A stretch of 63,998 nt of DNA, filler included, from Basidiobolus ranarum (Eukaryota), in the NCBI GenBank assembly GCA_040143965.1. It is 12 parts of 12 records of this genome, joined end to end, with 100 filler letters (N's around TTAATTAATTAA, not from the genome) between each part and the next. Parts side by side here need not be neighbours in the genome. Positions count along the whole stretch, not along the records: positions 1 to 5,285 come from JASJQH010008523.1; positions 5,386 to 10,665 come from JASJQH010008524.1; positions 10,766 to 16,044 come from JASJQH010008525.1; 9 more parts are not named here. One strand, 5' to 3'. Made by a program: the position numbers and the translations under genes. Position 1 is the stretch's first letter; each line of letters starts with the position of its first letter. Under the pieces are notes generated by a model. The model searched no databases and was not told the origin of the DNA. It saw only the letters and a program-made list of their open reading frames with translations. Shown piece by piece: positions 1 through 13,534 of the stretch.

Positions 1-300
1 GTCCAGATATGATGGACAGTATCAAAATATTATGACTCTTATACCATTCAGAAGGAGGAAGATTTAAGTTAATTAAAATTATTGGTCAGCAAGCCTTTCC
101 AATGGTATATTTGTTTAGTGAGAAACCATCCAGAGCCAATGCAAATGCATGATCATATGTGTTCGCAAAGAAACCTTGACTTTTCAGATTCTGATAGTGA
201 TATCCATCAAGTATATTGGTAATACCATCAGCTTAACAGTGAGTACTTTGGTATTGGATCAATGATCTATATTTGGGTGATTTCATCAAAACTTTAAGCT
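1..300 (-). mobile_element. CACTA/EnSpm transposase fragment (Transposase_21-type), decayed
   Basis: The minus strand reads ...QNLKSQGFFANTYDHAFALALDGFSLNKYTIGKAC*PIILINLNLPPSEWYKSHNILILSIISG. It is a close reverse-complement match to about 11000-11300. Confidence 0.85.
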
Positions 301-376
301 TAATCTCAACCAGATTCTTAAAATACAGCACTCGTTAGCATGTCGTTCCCCCCCCCCAAAAAAAAATTTTGAGAGG

Positions 377-1452
377 TTAAGGAATGGTATCGAAATCTTC
401 AGGTATTTGAAATTGCTTGTCGAACTCTGAACGTTCAATGTTGAATTTGTTGCAACAATAGGACTGAAGGATGAAGATATTTTCTGGAAATCGTAACAAG
501 TATCAGACAACATACTCAACGCTTAATCTTTATGGCTACTTACCAGTCCACCGGTTTGCGGCATCCTTGGCTATGTCCGCCGCTTTGGCTGAGGCATTCA
601 ACAGAATTAGTAAATAGGTCTTATAGCCACATGGAGCCAAATAAATAATTACCTTTGGTTTCTAATAAAGCCGGGTCACAGTCTCTGAATTTCTGAAGTT
701 CTTTTAAATTAGTTTCCTTTAGTGATTCTGCTTCAGCTAACCTAGCAAGTTTTTCGGCTCTACTATCCTATGAGGGAAAGATTCAAGCTGATTCGTTAAT
801 TTCAGTGGAATAAATCACAAGTGCAGCCAACTTACAGAATCTTCTCTCCCAGCGGAAGCTTCTTCTATTTTTCTCTCAGCCTCTTTATTCCTCTTCACCA
901 AAATATCTAATTCCTCAGTAAGATCCTCTATTTTTCGTTTCCTCTAAAATGATTTGAAATGAGAATCTATCACCAATACTCAACTCTAATAATCATTCCA
1001 GTAAACAATAAGTGACACTTACAGTTTGTAACGCAGTACTGGGAAAAGACCAAAAATAATTGGAGGTCCCGATCTTCTCTCCATTAACTAGATTGTCATC
1101 CACCAAACTTTGGAGAACATCTTTTACGGATTGCATGACTAGTTCGCAGAGAAATTTGAGGATAATTTTCTGCATAAATAAGGGAACGTGTGGTTTACCT
1201 ATGCCTTTGGTTTTTGGAGCAATTTTCTCAAGTTCTTTAAGTTGAAAAAACTCTCTCTAAAGTAAAGCTATTTCAATGAAGTATTTTCTCACTTGTTGCA
1301 TCATTAGAGGCATACCGTTTCATGAAAGATTGCTTCCATACGCTTACGTTTCTCTTCTAAGGAAAGGCCTTTGCGTGACTACGATATAGAAATACATGGT
1401 TGATGAGAATCCGGATTTATCGTTATGGTGGACATTTTGACTAACTGACCAT
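377..1452 (-). CDS. MND1: Meiotic nuclear division protein 1, 8 exons, about 204 aa
   Basis: GT-AG exons 1452-1450 (ATG only), 1378-1316, 1256-1199, 1138-1023, 943-836, 767-653, 588-544 and 483-377 splice in frame. Translation: [15 protein letters not shown]...[51 protein letters not shown]...DAANRWTENIF...[11 protein letters not shown], typical Mnd1 motifs. Confidence 0.96.
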
Positions 1453-1823
1453 GTTTATTTAGTGCTCTTTGTAGTTGTACTTGTCCTGAAGTCAATACAT
1501 CACTTTGTCACTCTTTACCCAAATAAATGGATCTAAACATGATTCGAGAGTAGTTTCATTTTATGCAATCTCGAAAATTTTATCTACCGCAATACTGTAA
1601 TCAATAATTCAGTTTTAACCTATTTGTGATCCATGGTTGTATTAAGATTTAAGTATTTTGACAAACTCACCATATCGTGAGATTCCATTATAATAAATAC
1701 CATTCTATTATTAAATAATTCCATATATATTCTATCAACTGGTAGATTTTGAATATCAAAGGCTTCGCCTATATTTTGCTACGAGAAGTACGTTGCTGAG
1801 CCTCTGAAGGAAAATCCTTTGGA

Positions 1824-2449
1824 ATGTCTTCCTTTTTCTTTTATGGCACCCTCATGTCCCCAGAGGTTATCTTTCGAGTTATCTCGAATTTACACAGCTC
1901 CACTGAACTTAGCAAATTGAAATTTACCCCTGCTATACTTAAGGTGAGGTTCACCAGCATATCCTTATAGAAGATCGATAAACTCAAAATGAACTTCGAT
2001 ATCTCATGAATCAGGGTTACAAACGACGACAAGTGGTCGGAGCCAAGTACCCTGCAATCTTCCAGAGTACACACGACTTAGTAGAAGGTATGGTTGTGTC
2101 CGGGTTTTCTGAAGATGACAAGAGATTGCTGGATGTATATGAAGGAGATGTGTGTATAGACCTTTCTTTAATTTGATTGATATGTTACTGATGGTTACTT
2201 TGCCTTCAGCAATATAGCCGCCACTCGGTTCAGGTGGAAACTGTAGCACAACCTGGGTCAAAGTTACTAGAAACTCCTTACATAGCTTCAGAAAACTTAG
2301 TAGTTGAGACTTATGTGTGGAAATATGGATCGGACGGATTATCTCACTTGGATTGGGATTTTAAAGAATTTGTGAATAAATCCCTGACAAAATGGGTTGC
2401 TAGCAAAGAAGAATTTCAAGAAGTGGACCGTTACTATAATAAAGAATAA
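1824..2449 (+). CDS. AIG2-like / gamma-glutamylcyclotransferase-fold protein, 3 exons, about 164 aa
   Basis: Exons 1824-1943, 2015-2149 and 2210-2449 with GT-AG introns. Motifs FFYGTLM, GYKRRQV..AKYPAI, VEGMVV, LLDVYEGDQYSR, YVW and WDFKEF. Divergent from MND1 across about 370 bp. Confidence 0.9.
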
Positions 2450-5285
2450 TTGAATTTGGCATTATCTGGAAGATGTATGCTGAGAAGAAAAACCAGATTT
2501 GGATATTTGTCAAGTACCCACACACCCTTTCTTGATAGAAGCGCAGTCAAGCAACTCCAAACTAAAATGTATCACTGATTGCAATTTCCATTGCAACGAG
2601 CGATTTGCAGTTATTTTACAAGGCATTTTGGGTTAAGATATAAAGATACGCGACTGCTTATTGGCTTGATATTGACACGTCTGCTTTATTTCCAGAAGGA
2701 ACATACATACTGCATAGCATAATGACATGTAGTTGATTAAGGCCCAACCTTTGCGGAGCAATAAGTAAAGCTAGTGGTTGATCTCGGTTCCATTAGAGAG
2801 GAAATCCCCACATGCCCTGATTTGTACGGGCTGAATAGCAGCCTAGGATTGTCGATGCGGCTCTTCATATTTTCTTATTGAAAGAACACCTCATGGTGCC
2901 CACAGTAACTGCTTCAATGTAGCATGTCTCTGAAGACATTTCTGATTTAAGAAGAGAAACCTGTCGCATACTTGCTGGTGGGGTTTACCATCCATATTTC
3001 CTTATTGAGGACCCTCATTTACACGCCGGCTTATGATTTCCCACCAATTGCCTCCATCTCAAAGGGCAACGGTATCAAAGATCGCATCATCTCCAGTAGA
3101 CACAAACGGATTGGTTCTTGTGGAATCTACCTCTAGTCTAAGAGCAGACAATGACAGTTTTGGATTTGCGAAGGCTCCCTGCATGCTTTTGTCGATGGCT
3201 CCAGCTGTCGAGAATTAGCCAGCATAAAGTTCCTTGAGCTTGACACCAGAGCCACAGCTCGCCTCTCACTCCCACCCTCACTCTCACTCCCACTCTCACC
3301 CTACACTTCAAATAATCTCTGTATTGCTTTTTCAAGCATGCATCCACTGCAGCACAGCTAATGATTCCTTATTGACAAATTCAGTTTCATCCGAGTGCCT
3401 CTAACTAAGACAACTCCCCAAGAATATTAAAGCTCAGGTAGTAGGATCCACAATAGCTAATGCAATTTAATTTCCTAGATGAGTGGTGATGATTGGTGTG
3501 GCTGATGGAGGGCTGTATAGCCTTCGTTCCTGTGATCCGGAGTGTCTGTAGACTGGACCAAAGCTACAAGAGCCTCTGGGCAAGATTCTACACTTGACAG
3601 TAATTCCCATCCAAATATTTATTGCAAAATCCACTACATTTGGATGCTAATCATGGGTCTGCTCAGATTTCTTGTTCACAGCCACATCAATACAGTATTT
3701 GAGAAGCTATCTACGTCCATAACCATGCAATACTTCACTATCGACAGTCATTGGCTAACTATATGAAGAAGGTTAGCCCAGGTGGCAAGAATGCATACAT
3801 GACGCGTGAGAAGAGTTCAAATACAATCGTTTCTAACGTGTGTGGGGAGCTGAGCTATTGCTCCTTCAACCCCAATCTATAGAATCCGGGATACATGACA
3901 TACGCTCAACCAGAATGCTAGTTGACTGATAAGCGCTCTCACGGAACAACTTGCACCCTTGAAATGCCGCTCTTACAAAACATTCATTGCAATATGAGTG
4001 GTCCAGACGTACAGTTCGCAGATCTTTGGTTTGGACTAACTGTGTCACGATGGAGCTTAGTTATAGTTCTACCACTCTTTTCAATCAATTCAGATGCAGC
4101 AACGGCTACCGCCCTCATATATTTGCATGTATTGACACCTCTAGGTAAGCTAATATAGCTTATAAAGGGCAGACCAGTCAATCTTTTTGAATCTACTTGA
4201 TTCGTATTGATTTGCCCATGCACTGCCATTCCTTGCAAACATCGGTGCAGTATCTATTCTACCAACTATGGCCTATCCTTGTGCTCTGAATTCTTGCCCC
4301 GACAGAGGCATAATTCCTGTTCGGATAGTGTGCACAAATATTCAAGAATACCAGTAATCATTGCTGATGTGCTGTGGAAAATCATATTGGGATTGCGGAC
4401 ACATCGCGATGAGTACCGAAGTCAAATGATGTAATAAGCCAGTAGCCACTGTGTTGCCCTTGGTAATGCTAGTACTTATTCCAACGTGACATGGAAATCA
4501 TTGTTGATAGAGCTCATAGATTGTCTGATATCATCGCTTCACTCAACACTCGGCAAAACAATTCAGGTCCGGGCTCTGAACCTTCCATTGCTTATTAGTG
4601 TTGTCTCAGAAACAGAAGCACCGGATCTAGTGAAGTATGCCCTTCTGACCAAAGCCTTCGCATGGGAAATCCCACTATATATGAGTTTGTTAATATCTCA
4701 ACAACCTGATAGCATTCTTTGGCTGAATGCTGTGACTTGGTTTGGATCTCAACCAGATCTATCTGGATCTGCATAGTCACATGAGTATTCAACTAAACTG
4801 TCCCTCCCTATCCTTACTGAGCGGATGATTTTAGATGTTGCTCCCAGCGATTGACTTGTAATATGCAATTGATTCGAAGATCACGAGACAATAATACAAT
4901 CTCATGATCGAACATTATGATGTCACACATGCTGTAACCAAGGAAGACGGTTCCTTAGGATCACATTGTGTTTATCGCAAAGACGGTTGTGTGAATAAAA
5001 TCCTTCTTCAACATTGGCGGTGGTTTCGCTCACCAAACACACATTCAGAGGGCATGCAGAAGAATGTTTACGTCAGCCAGTATGGAACATAGCAGATCTC
5101 AACGAATTTACAGTAACATTCTTTTTAGGAAGGCATGTACCAGAAATATCTCACTCTGGGATAGGTGCATTTGAATCAAATTCAATGTATCTGAGACAAC
5201 GGCTTCTAGCCCCATCTTCGGTTTCAAGCGTTCGTTAATCTATCCTTACTCAAGGAATGTTACTACTTTGTCAGAAATTCAAGAC

Positions 5286-5385
5286 NNNNNNNNNNNNNNN
5301 NNNNNNNNNNNNNNNNNNNNNNNNNNNNNTTAATTAATTAANNNNNNNNNNNNNNNNNNNNNNNNNNNNNNNNNNNNNNNNNNNN
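5286..5385. other. Artificial contig linker (N44-TTAATTAATTAA-N44). Also at 10666, 16045, 21418, 26789, 32157, 37520, 42874, 48218, 53556 and 58892
   Basis: Identical 100-nt spacers with stops in all six frames. The complete contigs between them fall steadily from 5280 to 5236 bp. Confidence 0.99.
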
Positions 5386-8300
5386 ACTTTGCCCACTATT
5401 GAACAACCCTCCATAAAAAATTTGGATAGAAATATTACAACAAGGGAATCACAGGCAGAACACCATAGTGGTTTGTATGCAAGCATAAGTAAAAACTATG
5501 AAGTTGCTATACAGGCCATGACAAGCAATAATGCCACAACATCACAATTAATGCAGCATTTGGAAGCAACTGGTCAACAGTTAGAGAGTCACTCAACAAT
5601 GATACAAGTCCTTCAGAATGCTGTACTTGAGCTACAGCAACATGCTGCTCCCTCTAGCAATTCTTATACAGGATTTCAATCAGTCCAACACCATACATAT
5701 GAATGTCACCGTGACAATCTAGCAGATCTGAATATGTGTTGGACCATTGAGCCTACACAACAACCCAAAATTGCTTAGGCACATGAAAGTAGAAATCTCA
5801 TTGGAAAACCGGCAAACCAAAAGACTCTGAATGTCATAGCTGCCATCACTTGCTCTGATGATGAGTGTTTTAACATTTTGGAAACTGTGTAGAATCTTTC
5901 CTGAAATCACCTGGATTTGAGCCAATTGTGGAAAAACCAAAATCCAGGCATTACTCTGAAGGTTCTTTACTTATTTTGTGTTGCCTATCCTGGGTTTTTG
6001 CAAGCAAATGGCAATTGGGCTAGTATAGGCCTAATCATGAAACATCTCAAAAATGTACACAATTATTGACTTGGAAAAGAAAGAAAAGCAGCTAGAGAAG
6101 TACTCAAGGAGCAGGAAGTTAGTAAACCCAAGGGAAAAGCTAAGGAGCCAGTGAGTTTAAGCTCTACTGTCCCACTTACCAAATTCTTCACACCATTACA
6201 AAGATCTGCATTTACAGAGTCAGATATGCTGCCAAAAAAGTTTAATTTCACCATGGAACCAGGTACATCAGTTAGAAGAGTGCTAAATTTGGAAGTTTAT
6301 CCAGCACTTGGCACCTCTCAACAAGCCAAAACACCAGAAAATAAAACTCATGGCTTTCCAACCTCAACTGGTACTTTTCAAAGTGTTGAAATTAGCCCCA
6401 AAGTTAAAGGTAAGCAAAAAGCTATGCAAACACAACAAAGCACCTTGAGTAGTGTCACACTACAAGGATGTACAAAGTGCTTGAGGCTTATTTTCAAAAG
6501 TATGAAGGGAAAATCACAGTGCAAGTATGCAGAAAATGGCTTCAGAAGAAGAAAATTCAACTTGACGTCAGTCTGGTATGGACCATGCAGATATCTGCAA
6601 AGAACTTAATACAGAGTGGCACAATATTGCAGGGTATCCACAAGATAGCTGAAAGAATGGTGACTCAGCAACATTAGTAAAATGGTGGGCTTTGATGGAG
6701 ATATTGATACAAACTGGCGTTGGATATAGCTAAACATTGGGTAATTAAGAACTCTGGAAACCATTCAGGAGAATATATCAAAGAAACTAGGAATTTGAAA
6801 GATGACAAATCAGCATTCAAGTGCTAAATGTGTAAGATTTGAATTATTTTTTTACACATGTTGTGATCTATAGTTCTCTGAGATTAAAGCCAATCATATG
6901 CAACTATTTTGCAAGATCTTCATATTTCACCCCTGAAACTGAAAAAATTGATTAAAATCAAATCTAACTTGATGATTTTATGATGGTAAGTAAATGGTCA
7001 ATCCCAAATGGATTAAATGTGTCATGGTTTTCCTACAATAACAATCCTCAAATCTCTGTTAGGGATTCTGAGATGGTGTCAAAGATAAATCATTGAGGGA
7101 TCTATAAGATAATTCCAGTAACAAATGGCAATTTTGTTTTATTAAGAGCTGTTTTCAAGAATTCTTACTACACCAAGTTTGCCATCTGAAAAATTTTAAA
7201 GCCATTTGAAAAGCATTCAAAATCTAAATCTTAAGCAGCTTATAAACAAAAGCCTGCTGGGACAAAAGGAAAGAACCAGCAAGAATAGAGGACTTAATTG
7301 ATGAGCAATATGGTGTTTGAATAGCTACTTTGAAGGCATCAAAATGCCAGAAACTGACTAAAGTAATGATGAAGGATCTATCAATTTACCAGATGTGTTC
7401 CATTCTAGCAAAAGTGCAAGTGAAGGGATTACAATCCCCCAAGCACATAGTAAATCAATAGTTGAGCAAAGGTTAATGGAAACACTATCAATTTCCAAAA
7501 TGCCTACTGTGCTAACTATTGAACACCCCTCTGTAGACAATTGGGATAGAATTATTGCAATAAGAGAATCCCAGGTGGAAGACCATAAACATTTGTATGC
7601 AATCATAAGTAAAAAATACTAAGTTGCTATAGAAGCCATGTCAAGCAACAAAACTGCAATATTTCAACTAATGGAGCTTTTGAAAGCAACTAGTCATAGG
7701 TTTGAGAGTCATGCAACAATGAAACAAGAACTTCCAAGTGCTGTACTTGAACTATAGCAACATGCTGGTCCATCCATCCAATCTCATACCAGATTTCAAT
7801 TGTTCCCACAACTTACATACAAAGGTCCCCATGAAAATCTAGAAGAGCAGAATAAGTGTTGGATCATATAGCGAACACAATATCCCAAAATTTGCTTCGG
7901 CATACGAACATTGAAATCTCATAGGAAAACCAGCAAACTAAAAAAGTCTGAATGTCTGAACTGCTGTCCCTAGCTCTGATGATTAATGGTTCATCATTTT
8001 AGAAACTGTGTGGAATCTTGCCCAAAATCTCCTTGATTTGAGCCAATTGTGCAAAAACCAAAAACCAGGCATCAATCTGAAGGTTCCTGCCTTATTTCAT
8101 GTGGCATATCTTGGGTTTTTCTAGTAAATGGCAACTTGGCTAGTATAAGCCTAATTGTCAATAATCTCAAAAATGTATAAAATTGTTGACTTGAAAAAGA
8201 AAGAATAGCAGCTAAAGACATACTCAAGGAGCAATCTTGTGCTGGATATGAGCTAGACCTTGGGTACAAAGGACTCTATAACATTTTTCAGGAAGCATAT

Positions 8301-9285
8301 CAAAGAAACTAGGGATTTTGAGGGTGCCAAATTAGCAATCTAGTGGTAAATATTAACATTTGAGTTATGTTTCTTGCACATGCACTGATTCATTGTATTC
8401 TGAGATCATAATCAATCATGTGCAACTACTTTGTGAGATATTGAAATATCACTCCTGAAACTATAAAAATTTATTAAAATTAAATCTAACTTGATGATTT
8501 TACAACAGTCAGTAAGCAGGCAATCTAAAATGGAATAAATTGTTATGGTTGTCTTACAATGAGAATCCACAAATTTCTTTTAGGGATACTTGAAACTAAC
8601 TCAAGTAATGAGCAAGCATAAATTAGTTTAGCAGTTGTGTTCCTTTATAGCAATGGTGAATTGAAGAGATTGTTGACCCCTAATGATATAGTAGATTGAT
8701 AGTTGAACAAAGTTTAACAAAATCACCATCAAGACCATCAACTCCCAAAATACCTACCATGCTAAATATTGAACACCCCTAAATAGACAATTTTGACAAC
8801 ATCATAAATACCAGGGAATCACAGGCAGAATATCATAAAGATTTGTATTTATTCAGAAGTAAAAGCTAGAAAGTTGCCAGACATGCCATGACAAGGAATA
8901 CCTCAGCATATTGTAATAACTGTGGCATTGTGAAGTTACTAGTCATCAGGTAGTAAGTCAATGAGCAGTGCAAAAAGCTCTTCAGAATGCTGTATTTGAG
9001 CTTTATCAATATGCTGCTAGGATCATTAAGCCCACACAACAACCCAAATTTGCTTAGGCATATGAAAGTAGAAATTTCAGAGAAAAATAAGCAAACCAAA
9101 GGCCAGATGCTTTTAAGAAGGTTCTTGACTTACTTCAGGTGGCTTTTCCTGTGTTTGTGCAATCAAATGGCAATTAGGCAAGTATAGACCTCTTCATGAA
9201 ACATTGCAAAAATATAAGTAGCTGGCAACTTATAAAAGAAAGAAAAAAAGCTAAAGATTTAACCAAGGAGCAGGAAGTTAGTTCA
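5386..9285 (+). mobile_element. Three nested/tandem decayed copies of a transposon accessory ORF (likely CACTA ORF2), with termini ending TTAGGG at 7064 and 8585
   Basis: Repeated blocks at about 5386-6130, 7350-8235 and 8590-9285. They encode LDLSQLWKNQNP...YPGFLQANGNWASIGLIMKHLKN with stops. CpG-depleted. An about 280-bp terminal segment recurs at 6770-7064, 8290-8585 and 16145-16346. Confidence 0.6.
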
Positions 9286-10869
9286 TCAGACTTGTTCCAT
9301 TGGACCAGGTCAGATTGTGCTGCTTGATCCAGCCTGCTATCACACCATCTGGCATGATCTGGCAATTACTATAGCCAGATCCTATAACACTTGATTGGAC
9401 ACTATAAGGAACAATATGTCACTATCCCATCACAATTGGTCACAATGATTTTTTTGGAGTTATTTTGCCAGCCTGTACCAAGTTACCCAAGTTAGTGTTG
9501 CCAAATTAAAAATTTGGGTAACTGACAATACAAGTTCATCCCCTAGTTTGCAACTTACCAATTATTGAATGTGTAACAGTAGACAATTTATGCTGTGACT
9601 TACCCAATCAAATGTATAACCAAGATATTCATTTATTTTTAGGCCAATCTTTTGTCTTTAACTGACACAATATCCTGATCTTCAATTGGGCCAACAGCTG
9701 CTGCATTATGAAACACCAGAAGTTGTGGCACACTGGTGAGAAGTCACAGAACTCAATGATGGATCAATCTGCAGTATGATAGTAATGATCAGGAATGCTT
9801 AATTCAGCATTTTTAGATCAGCAAATTATTCATTCAATCATTTAAGCTTCTAATTGGGTGATAATGTCAACAGATAGAGCCACATCAAGCTAATATGGCT
9901 GCACAAGCATTTAATACACAGACACTTTTCATTTGTTTGTAGTGAAATCTCTTGTAATAATATGCTATCATTGATTTTTTTGATGTACAACAATTTCACA
10001 CTATCAGTGTTTCTCAACAACATAAGCAATTGTGATCTAACAAAAGCAATTTATGCTATATTTAATTGCAATCCATATCAATTATGCATGATGTGCTAAA
10101 CAGTACAGATAGGATAATGTAAGTATTAACATGAGCATTCAGCAGTTGCCCAGGTTTGTAGTGTCACATGGTGATTTACTTCTGTTGTTTTTGTTGTCTC
10201 CTTGATATTTCCACAGAAGAATCTTTGCTGCAAGCTCTATGCTGGGTTGGTTGGTTTGATCCTGCAGAAGTTCCTCTACCTTGGCCAGCATGAGTTGTAG
10301 CTTGAGGTCAATGTGCTGTGGTATGTGTTGGCTCATCCAGTCTAGTTTGTGATTTGTTAATCTCTACAGTCTCTTCTGCAGATGTGGAGCCTTCACTTAA
10401 TGGGTCAACCAGCCATTGCTGCTGGCATGCTGATCTACGCATTGACTGAGAATGTCTCACTTGAGGTTTGTGCTTGACAGTTATTGCTTCTTCTACAATG
10501 CTAGCAGCTTTATCTCTTTTGACTGGCCGCTGTGACCTGTGTTGCATGGCAGTGTAGTGGGGTAGCATTGCTACCCACTGGCAGGTTGACTAATTTCAAC
10601 TCTGAGCTCATATCATTACAAATACACAATTTCTGTTTTATTATCCTAATTTGACTTATCCATATNNNNNNNNNNNNNNNNNNNNNNNNNNNNNNNNNNN
10701 NNNNNNNNNTTAATTAATTAANNNNNNNNNNNNNNNNNNNNNNNNNNNNNNNNNNNNNNNNNNNNTGTTCCAAAAAACATGATTTCCATATAAGGTTATC
10801 TGGATGAACTGACACCAGATTGCCAAGAAGGGATGGCACAGCAGATATGATGTCATAATCTAATAATAG

Positions 10870-13424
10870 GGGAGTTCTTTTTGTAGTGCATCAGTATGCC
10901 AAGCTCAGAATCATGACATGGACAGTTTGCACACAATGGGCAATCACTGAATAAGGTATAGATTGTCCATTTTTGGCTTATTTACCATTGATTTTCCTAT
11001 CTTAAAGTTTTGAAGACTTCACCCAAATATAGTTCATTGATCCAATACCAAGTATGCACCTTAAGCTGATCATATTACTAATATACATGATGGAATTTAC
11101 TACCAAATTCTGAAAAGTCAAGGTTTCTTTGTGAACATATATGATCATGCATTTGCATTGGCTCTTGATGGTTTCTCACTCAGCAAATATACATTTGGGA
11201 AGGCTTGCTGGCTAATTATTTTAATTGACTTATATCTTCCTGCTTCTGAATGGTCTAAGAGTCATATTATTTTGAGACTATCCATCCAATATGGACCTAA
11301 ATCACCAGTGCTTATAGATAGCTTCTTGGAGCCTTTGATTGCAGAATTTGAATGGTTATCTAATGGGGTTTAGATGGGTGAATATGTTATTAAACCTATA
11401 TGTACTGGTGACACTCCTGCCATCCATCTACTTTGAGGTTTTTGTGGGTGCAATACACTATCTTGCTCTAGATTTTGTCAAATCAATGGAGTTAATCAAT
11501 CAGGCATATGCATTAGAACCATCCAAATACAAAACTACGTGATTACTGATATAAAATTGCTAAATAGTCAGTCTAAGATCAAACTTGGTATAAGCTATAA
11601 GACTAATATTATATTGCTAAAGGGGATGAGCTGGGCCTGAGCTTCCCACTAGGCACTATGCACATACTACTCAACAACATTCCAGTACTACTCACTCAGC
11701 TCTATAGTGGAAAATTCAATATTAATAAGCCATTTGAGAGAGCATCAAAGTTTGAATTGATTGGGAGTATGCTTGAAAACGTTATGATACCATTATATTT
11801 TACCAGGACTCCCATCAATATGCACTCATCTAGGAATTTATTTAAAGGCAAAGACCAGAAGTGATTTGATTTGCATATATTCAATTGGAATCTTAAAAAG
11901 ATTTTGAACATTGGGAGTTGTGTGAGAATATTGTTAATGTAATCTTCTGGCATTAACTCACAGTGATAGATCTCAGGCAGATACAGCAACTGTGCAAAGA
12001 TTTTGTAATTGGATACAAAAACATGATTACAGGTTTAAACAAGATAGACTGAATCTATGCCAGTTTTCAATACATTCCCTGCTGCATCTATAACAATGTT
12101 TGGAGATTACAAGCCCTTGCTATACATTCTGGGAGTACTCAATGGAGTGCACCTGTGGTGAAAAGATGCTCCTTATGAAATCATCAGAATTACTATTTGC
12201 TTAGCTGATTAACAACATAACAGCAAAATGTTTGATGGATGTAAAGAGATGGGTTAAGGAGACTCCAGAGTATGTTATCATTCCAACAAAGGGCCCTTTT
12301 CAATGTGCTCATGGGCTTTTGCATTGTTTGAGTACAATAACAGCAACAAAACCCAAACCATGTACATCAACTGTGTATCTCTATAATTCAGACTAATTTG
12401 TTTGTGTGATAATGTGATAGTATTTCTAGAAAAGCTGCAAGGCAGACTTTCTAGTGAGAAAGATTGAGACATCAGTATTACCTTGTGCTAATCTGATTAA
12501 CAGTGTATCATCAAAATCAGTGATGGATGTAATGCAATGGGTTAAGGAGACTCCAGAGTATATTTACCTTCCAACAAAGGGCTCTTTACAATGTGCTCAA
12601 TGTGCTCATGGGCTTTCACATTGTTTGGGCACATTAACAGCAACAAAGCCTAATCCATGGACATAGAGTAAGTACCTCTATAATTTAACTAATTTGTTTG
12701 TGTAATAATCTGACCGTATTTCAAGCAAAGCTGCAAGGCAGACTTCTTGGTGAGGTAGATCAAAATATGCAGTTGAATTGTTTTAGCCATGGGGTATTCT
12801 ATTCAAGCAATGACACATCTACTTGTGGCAGAACATTTGTTGACTGCAAGTTGGGGATATATTGGGTGAATTCTTTACAGTAACATGCCAAAATCCAAGA
12901 GCTTATTCTCTTTGTGAGTGGTAACAAGAGTCACCTATTTTCCAAGTGACAGTGCTATCCAAAATTCCAGATGTTTAGCAATTTTTTCACTATTACTTAG
13001 CAGGCAGAGCATATTGATGTTGTTGAGCTATGTCTGATTAGTCCAGTATGTGCATATGTAGATACTAAACACAACAAGATTCTTTTTTTTTTGATTCTCA
13101 TTATGGCTGGAATACAAAGCCAAAAATATTTAAATAAAGGCCTGAATATTAATTCAAATTCTTACAGCAGTAAACCCAAATGTTTGCCATTTGAAAATTA
13201 GATTTATGCAAAAATTGCCGGAAATTAAATAATGCATGCCAAACATGAGGATGGACACTTTAACATGCATGAGTACCATCAAGATACCATCATGGAGCCA
13301 TCATCACACAATCAAAATCCCTGGCAGAATACAAGCCAGCAATATTGTGATGGTTTTTTGATGGTTTTGCAATCCAGAAGGTTGGATCCAATAAAGATCA
13401 AATTGACTTTATTTTTGGTGAGGG
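10870..13424 (+). mobile_element. CACTA/EnSpm transposase pseudogene plus right terminus
   Basis: Motifs in order: HDGIYYQILKSQGFF..DHAFALALDGF..CWLIILI..LP..GPKSP..IDSFLEPLIAEF..GV; TGDTPAI; C.RFC.I.G; SFP..MH; IHSLLHL..P..FWEYSME.TCG. Many stops and frameshifts, internal duplication near 12200-12750, ends TTTATTTTTGGTGAGGG. Confidence 0.88.
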
Positions 13425-13534
13425 AAGACCTTGACAGCCCAACTATCAAATGCAATCCAAGATTAGTAAGAAGGAAGATTGAGAGACACTTACTGAGAGG
13501 ATCTTAGACTGATGCCTCTCTGTCACAGTTGGAG

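Noticed and set aside
4480-5220. Minus-strand frame with mostly TGA stops as a mitovirus or mitochondrial (TGA=Trp) insert
   Set aside because: No RdRp or mitochondrial motifs. The TGAs are explained by CGA>TGA decay or antisense TCA codons.
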